Shown: positions 30,090 to 39,963 of the stretch, piece by piece
How positions within the stretch are numbered: position 1 is the first letter of the stretch
Layout of the letters: each line of letters opens with the position of its first letter
Assembly: GCA_963664195.1 (NCBI GenBank)
Contig: OY760907.1
Coordinates: forward strand, 1,824,001 to 1,888,000
Reading direction: 5' to 3'
Length of the DNA: 64,000 nt
Source: an uncultured candidate division Zixibacteria bacterium
GTDB taxonomy: Bacteria > Zixibacteria > MSB-5A5 > GN15 > FEB-12
Program-made: the position numbers and the translations under genes
Notes under the pieces: generated by a model
Told to the model about the DNA's origin: nothing
Database searches by the model: none
The model's input: the letters and a program-made list of their open reading frames with translations, nothing else

Positions 30090-30157
30090 GTGGGCGGCAG
30101 ACGCCCTCGTCTGCCCCAGCTTGAATCGTGGCGGGTTCGAAGACGGACTCGCCCTAC
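30090..30157. repeat. REP-like palindrome pair (family D)
   Basis: GTGGGCGGCAGACGCCCTCGTCTGCCCC...GGCGGGTTCGAAGACGGACTCGCCCTAC. Confidence 0.75.
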
Positions 30158-30290
30158 AAGACTGCGGTTTCGAAGACGATACGTGATCGGCAGGGAACGC
30201 ATCTCGATGCTTCCATCCCTGCCGATTTCTCTTTGGAGTCTTTAGACGCTCAACGTCCGGTGGGGATCTGTGCATAAGAACCAAAACGAC

Positions 30291-30358
30291 GGGTGGCCGG
30301 GTCAAACTTGTTTGGCCCGGATTCAAGTTCCCCCCAAACAAGTTTGCAGGGGCCACCC
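30291..30358. repeat. Inverted repeat element GGGTGGC..CAAACTTGTTTGG / CCAAACAAGTTTG..GCCACCC
   Basis: Long imperfect inverted repeat in the intergenic region; only one copy in the window. Confidence 0.6.
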
Positions 30359-30534
30359 AGATGGAGCAGCTGTCGGGTATCTCGCCCACTTGACAAGTGG
30401 CCTCGGAACCGCGACCTACGTCTGTCGAAACCACACCTATGAAAGGGCCTCCGCCTACAAGAAAGAGAGGCCGACCTATCGGTCAACCTCTCGTCTAGCG
30501 CTCAGAGATTGCGCGTCTTGATGAATCTATCGAA

Positions 30535-32994
30535 CTAAGCCGATTCCTCAATCTTGAACCGGGCCACCATTTGTTGCATCCCCTCAGCCTGGCGATTCAG
30601 TTCCTCCGCAGCGGTTGAAGACTGCTCGGCACCAGTGGCGGTTTCCTTGGTGATAGCGGCAACACTCTCAACGTTCTTTGAAATCTGGTCCACAGCCACA
30701 GCCTGCTCTTCGCTTGCCGTAGCGATCTGCCGAATCATATCCATAACGCGTGCAGACATGTTCACCACTTCGGTCAAACTGCTTCCAGCTTTGTCGGCCA
30801 ATTCACGGCCGGAGTCGACTTCCTGAACTCCTGCCTCCATCGATTTCACGGCGTCTGCCGTCTCCTGTTGGACGCCCTTGATCATATCCGTGATTTCGCC
30901 GGTGGCTGTACCCGTACGTTCAGCCAGTTTGCGAACCTCGTCGGCAACTACGGCGAATCCGCGACCCTGCTCCCCTGCCCGCGCCGCCTCAATCGCGGCA
31001 TTCAGGGCTAGCAGGTTAGTTTGGTCGGCGATATCATCAATGACGCTGACTATCTCACCGATCTGATCGGCAGACGCGGCAAGCTTGCCTATCGATTCGG
31101 CTGATTCGCGGACAGTGTTGTTGATCTTCTGCATACCTTGAATTGTCTGACTGACGATCTGGCCGCCGGCTGTCGCCGTGTCCGAGGCACTGCGAGAAAC
31201 GTCCGTTGCTTCGCCCGCGTTTTTGGATGACTCCAGTATCGTCGCACTCATTTCCTCCACCGCGGCGGAAATCTGGCCCATCTGCTGAGACTGATCACCT
31301 GCGCCTCGTGACATCTGCTCTGAAGATGAAGCGATCTCTGTGGCGGCGGTGACGAGTTGTGTGGAGTTGTCCTTAAGTTGACGCACCATGGTCGTGAGAT
31401 TCGTTACCATCGTTTTGAAGGAGCTACCCAAGACATCCCTCTCGGATTTTGGGCTAACGGTGACCGTAAGGTCATTGCCGGCTATGCCCTCGGCCGCTAC
31501 TGCCAGACTCTTCATGTAGTCTATCAGACCGCGGAACGCACTGGCCAGCGCACCGATTTCGTCGCTGGACGTGACATCGATTGTTTGGTCGATGTCTCCG
31601 ACAGCAATGCCTTCCGCCACCCCGGCCATGCTCACGAGGGGTTTGGAGATCGACTTCGCGAGGAACCAACCGGCACAGACGACCAGTAGCGCCATTATCA
31701 GACCTATTATGCAGATAGCAATTTGGAGGTCACCGACGGCAGCAAACGCCTCGCCCTCGTCAATCTCAGCCATGAGTGCCCAGTCCAGTCCGGGTATGTC
31801 CAAGGGTGCGTAGGCGGACAGCACGGAGACACCGCGATAGTCGGAGGTTATTCGTGCATCGCTCTGGCCGTTTAGAGCACTCTGGCAAGCCTCGGTCCGC
31901 ACAGCTTGCAGGCCGATTGATGTCCCCTTGGCTTTGATTTGCGCTATCGTCTGTTGGGAAACGCCGCTCGATTCGAGAGCGTCGTAGTAGCCGTCAGGAT
32001 CATCTATCAGGAACCTGCTCGGCGAGCGCATCAGGTAATCCTTGCCAACCAGGTACGTCTCACCTGAAGATTTAAGACCGGCAGACTCCCATTCTCCGTC
32101 AAAGGTCATTGCTGCATTGATTCTGTCGATCGGCATCTGGAAGATCAATACGCCAATCTTCTCGGCTCCGTCGAAAATTGGTGATGCGATGAAGCCGGCT
32201 TGATCCTCGTACGAAGGGGTGTACGGGTTGAAATCATCAATCGCTACGAAATCTGGCGAGGTGGCCTGATTGGCCTCCTGAAAGGCACGCCCCAGACCGG
32301 ATGAAGCGTACGGTCCGTCGATCAATGAGGTCGTGAAGTCAAGTTCCTTGAACACGGTGTACACGACGTCGCCGGTCTCGGGATCACACAAGAAGATGTC
32401 GTAGTATCCGAATTCCTCAAGGAATGCACGGATGTGATTGTGATATCTGTCATGCAGAGCGCTCCATTGGGATCCGTCACCGGCGTTGTTCAAGAGGTGT
32501 TTGCTCCCCAGGGGATTGGGGTTTGCCTGAATGTACAGGTACTGCAATACCACCGATTCATCATCTAAGGCTTGATAATTTTTGGCCGCCGACGGCGATG
32601 TACCCTGATTTCGATTGCGGTACTCCGCAGAGAAATCGTCGCTGTAGTATTCTGACAGATTCCGACGCATCACCTCGACTTGTTGTTTTGAAGTCACGCT
32701 TTCGCCGCCTGTCTCGGCGACGACATTCCGGAAGGTCTGTTTGAAATCACGCATGGCGTCGATGACCATCCTGTCGTTCGACAGCGTCAGGACTTGCCCT
32801 CTCAGGGTGCCGAAGTACGACTCTATCTGGCGCTTCTGGGTGTCTCTGAGCGAGATGAGTTGGCTGAAGCCCTGTTCCTCCAGAGCCTTTGCGGATTTGT
32901 TCACGGTTATGTATGCGACCGTGGCCAACGGGACAAGTCCGACCAGCAGGAAGATCGCAATGAGCTTGGTGTTGATCTTCAAATTCCTGAACAT
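30535..32994 (-). CDS. Methyl-accepting chemotaxis protein (Cache-type sensor, HAMP)
   Basis: Two TM segments; FGYYDIFL sensor motif; [38 protein letters not shown]. Confidence 0.96.
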   Translation of the reverse strand: MFRNLKINTKLIAIFLLVGLVPLATVAYITVNKSAKALEEQGFSQLISLRDTQKRQIESYFGTLRGQVLTLSNDRMVIDAMRDFKQTFRNVVAETGGESVTSKQQVEVMRRNLSEYYSDDFSAEYRNRNQGTSPSAAKNYQALDDESVVLQYLYIQANPNPLGSKHLLNNAGDGSQWSALHDRYHNHIRAFLEEFGYYDIFLCDPETGDVVYTVFKELDFTTSLIDGPYASSGLGRAFQEANQATSPDFVAIDDFNPYTPSYEDQAGFIASPIFDGAEKIGVLIFQMPIDRINAAMTFDGEWESAGLKSSGETYLVGKDYLMRSPSRFLIDDPDGYYDALESSGVSQQTIAQIKAKGTSIGLQAVRTEACQSALNGQSDARITSDYRGVSVLSAYAPLDIPGLDWALMAEIDEGEAFAAVGDLQIAICIIGLIMALLVVCAGWFLAKSISKPLVSMAGVAEGIAVGDIDQTIDVTSSDEIGALASAFRGLIDYMKSLAVAAEGIAGNDLTVTVSPKSERDVLGSSFKTMVTNLTTMVRQLKDNSTQLVTAATEIASSSEQMSRGAGDQSQQMGQISAAVEEMSATILESSKNAGEATDVSRSASDTATAGGQIVSQTIQGMQKINNTVRESAESIGKLAASADQIGEIVSVIDDIADQTNLLALNAAIEAARAGEQGRGFAVVADEVRKLAERTGTATGEITDMIKGVQQETADAVKSMEAGVQEVDSGRELADKAGSSLTEVVNMSARVMDMIRQIATASEEQAVAVDQISKNVESVAAITKETATGAEQSSTAAEELNRQAEGMQQMVARFKIEESA

Positions 32995-33351
32995 TCTCTC
33001 GTTTCCTTTCTGTGCCAAACGTTAGAATTCGTATGTGAATTCCACAGCAAACGAAAACGGGTAGTCCCTATGAAGACCGTCGCGTTCTGTGAAGATATTG
33101 GTTGTTTTCCGGCGCCGCAAAACGCTGTCTGGAGTAGTCGTGGGACATGGCGGCGCCTCTGCCTATACACAAGATGTCGACCGCAAATCGTTCTTCTTGA
33201 GTACTCATAACGTGACATGAGGCGACCTCTGGCCGTGTCCTCGACGCCTACAGATTGTGAGTCTGTGTGGAAAACTCCCGAGCGAGTTGGAGATCCGACC
33301 TCCGAAAGCTCTGCATGACTTGATCGAAAGAAGGGAGATTACATCACGGGC

Positions 33352-34224
33352 CTATTCACCCGTGACGGTTTCTACACCTGTCGCCAGCACGGTCTTGAAC
33401 CAAATCTCCTGCTTCTCGGGCATATCAGGACGTTGACCGCCCATCCCGCCACCTCCACGACCGCCACCGCCACCGCCCATACCACCCCCGCGACCGCCAC
33501 CGCCGGGCATACCGCCGCCCATGCCGCCGGAGGGACGCATCCATTCGCGCATCTTGCCCTTGTCGAAATCACCCCAGATCGCGCCGATGCCAATCGTCTG
33601 GCCGGGTTCAACGCCCAGACCGTAGTTGCGGACCTCGGATTCGGCCAGGGGGATCGAAAACTCGTAGGTGAAGAAACTCATCGAAGTATCAAAACTCACT
33701 GCCGGTCCTCGGGAACCGTCGGTCGGCAGGTCGACATCGAGAAGGTTCTCCTTGTCGGCAAAAACAAACTCGCGATGGTCGCCCATGCCCGTTTTCATCC
33801 GTTTTTCGATATCTTCGCCGCGTTCCATGCCGCCCCGGCCTCGTCCCATCTCGTCCCGCTGCAAGGCCGCGAGATCAGGGCCACCGATATACTGGATGCA
33901 AAGGTCAGTACTTTTGCCCCCCTTTGCATCGACATAGATTTTCAGCCCGGACATCTTGATAGCACGCGCCCATTTCTGATCGCGGAATCGCATTAGGAGA
34001 TAGAGGTTGTCGGAGTCGTTGGCTATACCCAGGACCGCCTGCTGGTCTTCGAAGAATATCGTCGGGATATCCCCCCAATCGACATTGGAGCCGTCGGCTG
34101 TGATCGGAGTTTCCAAGGCAGACTCTCCGGCCCAGTGAGATTCGACTTCCATGGACTTGCAGCCGCAGAGCAGCAACACCGCAACAAGCAACAGACCGAC
34201 TGTTAGTTTCTGTGAGATCGGCAT
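33352..34224 (-). CDS. Putative lipoprotein with Gly/Met/Arg-rich segment
   Basis: GGAG SD; lipobox LLCG|C; ANDSDNLYL and FTYEFSIPL; long GGM/GGR tract. Confidence 0.8.
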   Translation of the reverse strand: MPISQKLTVGLLLVAVLLLCGCKSMEVESHWAGESALETPITADGSNVDWGDIPTIFFEDQQAVLGIANDSDNLYLLMRFRDQKWARAIKMSGLKIYVDAKGGKSTDLCIQYIGGPDLAALQRDEMGRGRGGMERGEDIEKRMKTGMGDHREFVFADKENLLDVDLPTDGSRGPAVSFDTSMSFFTYEFSIPLAESEVRNYGLGVEPGQTIGIGAIWGDFDKGKMREWMRPSGGMGGGMPGGGGRGGGMGGGGGGRGGGGMGGQRPDMPEKQEIWFKTVLATGVETVTGE

Positions 34225-34262
34225 GTACTCTCCGTGAGTTTTCCCATTCTGTTCTTCATATC

Positions 34263-34292
34263 TTAGACATGCGAAGTGTCTGGTGCATTCCA
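34263..34292 (-). promoter_or_regulatory. Putative ECF-sigma promoter of the lipoprotein gene
   Basis: TGGAATG-N16-TGTCTAA on the minus strand; the same motif occurs at 34820. Confidence 0.55.
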
Positions 34293-34355
34293 CCGATTTT
34301 CAAAGAAGTTCTGGATAGTCGGGATGAAACTGGCCGTGCAGGTTGTCAAAGCCGT

Positions 34356-34430
34356 GTAAGTCAAAACCAACGCGGCAAGTCGCCCTGCGGTTTTGACATC
34401 AGAGTCGAAACTGCGTTAGTTTCGACCTAC
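34356..34430 (+). repeat. Double-hairpin REP-like element (family A)
   Basis: GTAAGTCAAAACC...GCCCTGCGGTTTTGAC-ATCAGA-GTCGAAACT...AGTTTCGACCTAC. Confidence 0.85.
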
Positions 34431-34458
34431 AAGAAATAGCCAGGGAGACTCGTAAGAT

Positions 34459-34674
34459 ATGAAAACGAAACTGACCATATTCACTACACTGGTGTGCCTC
34501 TTGGTAGCCGCATCGGTGACCGCCGGTGATACGGACAGGATCGACAAGCAGGTAACAGAACTGACCGAGCAACTGAAGCTTACTGAAAATCAAGCGTCTC
34601 GGGTGAAGGAAATACTGATCGGTTCATCGGAACTCGCTGCGATTGACCAGGAACGGTATCGCGGCGGCAACTAA
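34459..34674 (+). CDS. Small exported helical protein (LTxxQ-like), possibly truncated
   Basis: GGGAG SD; signal peptide; a single LKLTENQASRVKEIL motif. Confidence 0.6.
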   Translation: MKTKLTIFTTLVCLLVAASVTAGDTDRIDKQVTELTEQLKLTENQASRVKEILIGSSELAAIDQERYRGGN

Positions 34675-34819
34675 ACCGTTTCACAAATTACGGAAAATCC
34701 TCCCCCTCCTTCCTCGTTAAGGGCGGTTGTTGTCAGGCGAGTCTCGCAGCTTGCCGGCGGCAACGCCCTTTCTTCTTGTGTAAGAGGAATTAGAATTGTC
34801 CTTTTTTTGTTGAATAGGT

Positions 34820-34849
34820 TGGAATGTCTTGAACATTGGGACTGTCAAA
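34820..34849 (+). promoter_or_regulatory. Putative autoregulatory ECF-sigma promoter
   Basis: TGGAATG-N16-TGTCAAA at the 5' end of the sigma gene. Confidence 0.55.
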
Positions 34850-35425
34850 TATGCAGAGACAGGAGAGTTTGAGATAAGAAGCGACGAGCAATTGATAGCG
34901 GCAACCCGTGAAGGCGACCAGATTGCGTTTCGGGAGCTGGTCCAGCGGTACGAACCCCGCGTGGCGGCCACCGTTATCGGTATGCTTGGCAACTGCCCTG
35001 AGGCCGACGATGTCGGTCAGGAGACGTTTATCGGATTCCACCGGGGCTTGAACAACTTTCGTGGAGAAAGCAGCGTGGCAACTTATCTTACGCGTATAGC
35101 GATCAATCTCTCGCTCAACGAGTTGAAGCGGCGCAAGCGGCGTTTCTCTATCTTCTCACGACCGGCCAGCGATGAGTCGATGGATATTCCGGACGAGAAA
35201 GCCTCAAAGATGTCTTTTGAGGACAAAGACCTGATCCGCTGGGCACTCACGAAACTCAAGCCGGAATTCCGATCGGTAATTGTGTTGCGATTGCTCGACG
35301 GGTATTCCACGGCTGAAACCGCCGAAGTATTGAAGGTTCCGATTGGAACCGTACAGTCTCGCCTGGCCAGGGCGCAGGGCAAATTGAAAGAGATACTGGC
35401 CCCGCATTTTGGAGAAAAGTCATGA
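34829..35425 (+). CDS. ECF RNA polymerase sigma factor (start uncertain)
   Basis: SDEQLI...GDQIAFRELVQRY, ADDVGQETFI, TYLTRIAIN and PIGTVQSRLARA. Confidence 0.93.
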   Translation: MNIGTVKYAETGEFEIRSDEQLIAATREGDQIAFRELVQRYEPRVAATVIGMLGNCPEADDVGQETFIGFHRGLNNFRGESSVATYLTRIAINLSLNELKRRKRRFSIFSRPASDESMDIPDEKASKMSFEDKDLIRWALTKLKPEFRSVIVLRLLDGYSTAETAEVLKVPIGTVQSRLARAQGKLKEILAPHFGEKS

Positions 35426-35853
35426 AAGAAGAAATCCTGGAATTGCTTGGGCGTTCATTTGACAGTTCACTGTCAGATGTCGAACAGCGTCAACTTGAAG
35501 AGGCGCTGGCGGAATCACCGGAACTCCGGGCCGAGAAAGCACGCGTTGAGGCGTTGCGGAAGGCTGTATCTTCCAGCGTGGCGACTTCTTTCGATCCGTT
35601 CTTTGCCGACCGCGTAATGCAGCGAATTCGTGAAGAACAGACGGAGGGGCGCGAGGAGTCACTTATTGCTGATTCGCTGATCGTGCTGTTCCGTCGTGTT
35701 GCGGCCGTGGCGGCCGTGCTGACTCTGTCTGTTATGTCATACAACCTATTTTCGAGCGAAAGTAAGTCCTTTGCTGCCGCGATAGGTTTTCCTCAGGAGA
35801 CGATATCCGATGTCCTTGAGTCGCCCTATGCGTCTTTGCTGGAGGAGTCTTGA
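35422..35853 (+). CDS. Putative membrane-anchored anti-sigma factor
   Basis: ATGA overlap with the sigma gene; FADRVMQRI motif then one TM helix. Confidence 0.75.
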   Translation: MKEEILELLGRSFDSSLSDVEQRQLEEALAESPELRAEKARVEALRKAVSSSVATSFDPFFADRVMQRIREEQTEGREESLIADSLIVLFRRVAAVAAVLTLSVMSYNLFSSESKSFAAAIGFPQETISDVLESPYASLLEES

Positions 35854-36317
35854 TCATGAAACCGAAAGCTAAATCAACCCTTATTTTGGCAGCGACTCTA
35901 TTTATTGGTATGATTCTGGGCGGTCTTGTTGCCGGGACGATTATGCGTGCTCGTTTTGCAGCGATTCCATCGCCGGATGATTTCGAGCCCCGCTTTGAGC
36001 GCGTATTTATGCGAGCCATAGATCCCGAGCCGGAACAGGAAGCGGCTGTTCGTGAGATCCTCACCCGGCACTCTGCCCGGATGGCCGGGATGTTCCAGGA
36101 GCACATGCAGGCAGCCAAGAACCAAACAGACTCTCTCAAAGCGGAACTCTCGACCGTGCTGACCGAGGAGCAGATGGTCCGTCTGGATAAGAAGATGAAG
36201 CGCATGGAGCGTATGATGCACGGCAAACCGCCCGGAGGGCGAGGTAGAGGGCAGCAGAGGCGCGGCGAAGGTCACCGTGGCGGCCCGCCACCGCCGGATT
36301 CAAACGACGTGATCTAG
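35850..36317 (+). CDS. Periplasmic Spy/CpxP-like (LTxxQ) accessory protein
   Basis: N-terminal TM; helical domain with VLTEEQ; Gly/Arg/Pro-rich tail. Confidence 0.7.
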   Translation: MIMKPKAKSTLILAATLFIGMILGGLVAGTIMRARFAAIPSPDDFEPRFERVFMRAIDPEPEQEAAVREILTRHSARMAGMFQEHMQAAKNQTDSLKAELSTVLTEEQMVRLDKKMKRMERMMHGKPPGGRGRGQQRRGEGHRGGPPPPDSNDVI

Positions 36318-36348
36318 CGGAAACATGTGTTCGACAGGCCAGATACGA

Positions 36349-36373
36349 GAAAGCCCGCCCGCGGCGGGCTTTC
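36349..36373. terminator. Bidirectional hairpin terminator
   Basis: GAAAGCCCGCC-CGC-GGCGGGCTTTC between convergent genes. Confidence 0.7.
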
Positions 36374-36419
36374 CTGCGTCCTGTGCGATCCGTCGCGCGG
36401 ACCGTTCCTCCTCACCTGA

Positions 36420-36872
36420 TCAGGAGATCCATTCCTGACTGTCGGTGTCATCCCCCATGAGCATCGGGATATCTTCGGCCGTAAGTCCTTTCGGAAGCCC
36501 GGCGGTGAGCAGGTGGTGAATCACCACCATACGCCTATTAGCGTGTGCCCGCTCACGATCCAGATCGACAAGCGATTGGTCAAACTCAGCTTTGCGCACG
36601 GCTGCCTTGTGTCGCACGTACATGCCGCCGCAGACGAAAGCTGCCCCAAAACCAAGCGCCGCGACGGCAAAAGCCGGAGCCATACCTATCAGTTGAAGAC
36701 CGAACGAACCTGCTATTACGATTAACCCTACCGAGCACAAATGCAGGGAATAATCATTGTTTTGGTTGTGGCTTTCGTTTCGCAGAATATCATCGATCTG
36801 TCTGCTTTGCCTCTCAAGCTGCTCTCCGGCCGCCCTGAGAGAATACTCCAGTGTCGATCCAAACTGAGCCAT
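36420..36872 (-). CDS. Hypothetical membrane protein (2 TM)
   Basis: 150-aa ORF with two hydrophobic segments and a coiled-coil-like tail; no family recognised. Confidence 0.55.
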   Translation of the reverse strand: MAQFGSTLEYSLRAAGEQLERQSRQIDDILRNESHNQNNDYSLHLCSVGLIVIAGSFGLQLIGMAPAFAVAALGFGAAFVCGGMYVRHKAAVRKAEFDQSLVDLDRERAHANRRMVVIHHLLTAGLPKGLTAEDIPMLMGDDTDSQEWIS

Positions 36873-37230
36873 TTTATTTGCTGGTATGTCCTAAGGTTCC
36901 CGTTGTTGTTTTTGGTACGAAACCCGCCGCGACTGTGATTGACGCCCACATTCAGATTCTGCCAAAGGTTGCATTGTTGTGCAGAAAGTGACCACCATCT
37001 GTCATGGCAGCCGCAGGCGCTGTCCAGTATCAAGTGCGTTTTGACCCTCTTGTTTGGGATCCCGCGGTTGGAGGCGACCAAACATGGATAATAGCAAGCC
37101 AGTACACCATATTCTCTGAAGCAACCTTATCTCTGCGAGGGGCTTGACCTTCAATGTCTGAAACCATACCTTCATGCTACGCGTTACGCGATGAAACAGA
37201 GTGTATAGGATTGCTTCAGGAGATAAAGTT

Positions 37231-37770
37231 ATGCTGAAAAAAGACAATGCGACACTGGTCATAGTTGACGTTCAGGGAAAACTGGCGACGCTCATGCACG
37301 GCAGAGAGGATTTCTACGCGAATGTTGTACGCATGATCAAGGGTGCCCAGGTGCTGGAAATGCCGGTCCTCTGGAACGAGCAGCTACCGGACAAACTCGG
37401 TGCGACTATCGACGAGATCAAAGATGCCCTGCCCGGAATGGCCCCGCTGGTCAAGAAATCGTTCAGCTGCTGCGGCAACGGCGAGTTTTCCTCCAAGCTC
37501 AAAGAAACGGGTCGCAACCAGGTGGTTCTGGTTGGGATGGAAACCCATGTCTGCGTCTACCAGACTGCGATGGACCTGCTCGAACAGGGGTTTGAGGTGT
37601 ATGTTATAGCCGACGCTGTTTCCTCTCGTTCGGCTGATAACAAGCACATCGGACTCGAAGCTATGCGGGATGCCGGCGCGAATATCAGTTGTGTAGAGAT
37701 GGCCCTGTTTGAGATGCTCGAAGTCGCCGAGGGTGACCAGTTCAAGCAGGCGATTAAGATTGTGAAATAA
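37231..37770 (+). CDS. Isochorismatase-family hydrolase
   Basis: AGGAG SD then ATG at 37231; IVDVQGKL, EQLPDKLG, KKSFSC and GMETHVCVYQT. Confidence 0.92.
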   Translation: MLKKDNATLVIVDVQGKLATLMHGREDFYANVVRMIKGAQVLEMPVLWNEQLPDKLGATIDEIKDALPGMAPLVKKSFSCCGNGEFSSKLKETGRNQVVLVGMETHVCVYQTAMDLLEQGFEVYVIADAVSSRSADNKHIGLEAMRDAGANISCVEMALFEMLEVAEGDQFKQAIKIVK

Positions 37771-38935
37771 ACGCTGATGCCGCTGCGGTGGCATCAGAGT
37801 ATTTGACTCGCAACTTGCTGTCAGGTGTCTCACCTGACAGCAAGTTGCGATCTGCCTCTTCGCGAAGCTGTTCTACGTCGCGCGTGCTCGTTGGATGTCC
37901 CAACAACTCGATGTTCTTCTGCTGCTCGATGTATGTATCAGTCGACACATCATTCTGCCAGTTTCCCGTCAGCATTCCGATTCCGGTTGCCGCTACGAAC
38001 AGTCCTACGACACAAACTGCTATCCAGCGCTTGTTGATCGGTCTGCGTGATACCGGCGCGTAGACGTCGAGCGTGTCCGCCACCGGGCAGGCGTCGAGGC
38101 ACTCAAGACAAGACGTACACTCGTCTGAGAAGACGGTTTTCACTTTATCGACTTTGATATGTGAAGGGCAGACTTTCGCACACTTCCCGCAATCGATACA
38201 ACTGACTGCATTCCGCTTGATCTTCTGAGGGCTAAGCAGCGATGTAATCCCCAGCAACGCACCGTAAGGACAAAGGAATCGGCACCAGAAATTGCGGACA
38301 AAGATCGAGGCTGCGAACAGCACGGCCAATACAATCAGCGAAAAGCGCGTTATATTCGCAAAGAAGTAGTACATCTTGACGTCGGAAACCAGATTGTACG
38401 GGCTGTCAAGAAACTGCTTCAGCGAGGCCTCGTTCATCAAGAAGAAGATCGAATAAACGAAGAATCCCAGCAGAAGATACTTGGGTGACCTGAGCGGCCA
38501 ATCGAGCCAGTTCGGGAATTTCCCGCGCCATCCGGTGAGCCTCTTTCCGAAATCCCCCAACAATTCCGACAGCAGTCCCACCGGGCACATCCACGAGCAG
38601 AACGACTTGCCGAAGACAAGCGACATCAGAAACACCGCGCCGAGAATGAACAGTCCCGCCGGATGATAGGTATGGATACTCCCGGACAGCAGCAGGTAGT
38701 AGAGGCTCATCAACGAACTGATCGGCAGGAATCCGTCGACACCGGGCGGCCGCTCAATCACGGCCAACTCCCCTCCGGACTCAAGATAGCCCACAAAGAA
38801 GTGGAACTCGAGGCCTATCCAGACGCACAACGCCGCGAACAGCACTTGCACGGCCAAGCGCCAGTTGGCGATGGGTGCAGACTTGTTGGGCGTGAATCCC
38901 TCTCGGGGTTTCTTTTTTACGGCGTCAATGGTCAT
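37754..38935 (-). CDS. Membrane 4Fe-4S binding protein (NapH/YccM-like)
   Basis: FCSWMCPVG, WCRFLCPYG, CIDCGKCAKVCP and CTSCLECLDACP; several TM segments. Confidence 0.92.
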   Translation of the reverse strand: MTIDAVKKKPREGFTPNKSAPIANWRLAVQVLFAALCVWIGLEFHFFVGYLESGGELAVIERPPGVDGFLPISSLMSLYYLLLSGSIHTYHPAGLFILGAVFLMSLVFGKSFCSWMCPVGLLSELLGDFGKRLTGWRGKFPNWLDWPLRSPKYLLLGFFVYSIFFLMNEASLKQFLDSPYNLVSDVKMYYFFANITRFSLIVLAVLFAASIFVRNFWCRFLCPYGALLGITSLLSPQKIKRNAVSCIDCGKCAKVCPSHIKVDKVKTVFSDECTSCLECLDACPVADTLDVYAPVSRRPINKRWIAVCVVGLFVAATGIGMLTGNWQNDVSTDTYIEQQKNIELLGHPTSTRDVEQLREEADRNLLSGETPDSKLRVKYSDATAAASAFISQS

Positions 38936-39003
38936 TATGATTATAGTCGCTCATCGAATCCCCTCCAAACGAGTTTGAAGGGGCCACCCGGAAGCCAGTA
39001 ATC

Positions 39004-39066
39004 GTAGGTCGAAATCCGTGCGGTTTCGACATTGTGATGTCAAACCCGAATACGGATCTGACCCAC
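39004..39066. repeat. Degenerate family A REP-like element
   Basis: GTAGGTCGAAATCC...GGTTTCGAC-ATTGTGAT-GTCAAACCCG...CGGATCTGAC. Confidence 0.6.
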
Positions 39067-39085
39067 CTTCATCTGAGTGAGCTTC

Positions 39086-39874
39086 CTATTCTCCTGCTGC
39101 GCGTTTTCCCTGAAAGGCGGGGATATGTTCAATCTCAATTTCACTGCCGGGTTCGATGCCGATGGTGTGAACCTCGAGCGGAATGTCCGGGGTTATCTGA
39201 TTCCTTGCTGCGATTGCTGCCTGCGCGATTCCGGTACAGCAGGGAACGGTCATTTTCAGCACGGTGATTCGTTTCGGCTGAGCCTGAGCAAACGTCTGCT
39301 GCAACTTTTCGAAGTAGTGCTGCAAGTCGTCCAACTTCGGACACCCGACCAGTAATGACCGGCCCGCCACATACCGTTCATGGAAATCACCAACCGCAAA
39401 CGGCACGCAGTCGGCGCAGATCACCAGATCGGAATCTTTCAGGAACGGTGCGTGCGGCGGTACGAGCATCAACTGGACCGGCCACTGTCCCAGTAGTGAC
39501 GGGGCACCTGATAATGGAGCGGAGCCTGCCGCACCCTGTTGTCTCATGCTGCGCATCGCGGAACCGGGGCAGCCGCCAAGGTTAGGCATCTGAGTCGGAG
39601 CAGCCATCGGCAAAGGAGCGGCTGAGGGGTTTTGGCTGGCAAGATGTTTCTCGACCGCGGCTTCGTCGAATGCAGCAGCTTCGCGCTTTTCGACCGTCAA
39701 CGCACCCTGCGGGCAATCGCCGAGACAGGCCCCGAGGCCGTCGCAGTATATGTCTTTGACGAGTTTTGCCTTGCCGTCGACAAGTTGAAGCGCCCCCTCG
39801 GCGCAGGCGGTGATACACAGGCCGCAGCCGTCGCATTTGTCTTCGTCGATTATGATAATATCTCGCAGGGCCAT
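39086..39874 (-). CDS. 4Fe-4S ferredoxin-domain protein (iron-sulfur cluster-binding oxidoreductase)
   Basis: CDGCGLCITAC, CDGLGACLGDCP, GCPG, QWPVQL, ADC, GCPKLDD and VPCC. Confidence 0.92.
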   Translation of the reverse strand: MALRDIIIIDEDKCDGCGLCITACAEGALQLVDGKAKLVKDIYCDGLGACLGDCPQGALTVEKREAAAFDEAAVEKHLASQNPSAAPLPMAAPTQMPNLGGCPGSAMRSMRQQGAAGSAPLSGAPSLLGQWPVQLMLVPPHAPFLKDSDLVICADCVPFAVGDFHERYVAGRSLLVGCPKLDDLQHYFEKLQQTFAQAQPKRITVLKMTVPCCTGIAQAAIAARNQITPDIPLEVHTIGIEPGSEIEIEHIPAFQGKRAAGE

Positions 39875-39944
39875 TCAAGACTCCTTATGCCTTCGGCGTT
39901 CGTGACTTCTGGCATTAGAATCGTCAGCGGACGAGATTTGTGCC

Positions 39945-39958
39945 TTGATCTAAGTCAA
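39945..39958. promoter_or_regulatory. FNR/Crp-family operator
   Basis: TTGAT-CTAA-GTCAA, one mismatch from the FNR box TTGAT-N4-ATCAA, about 70 nt upstream of the ferredoxin gene. Confidence 0.7.
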
Positions 39959-39963
39959 CCGGA

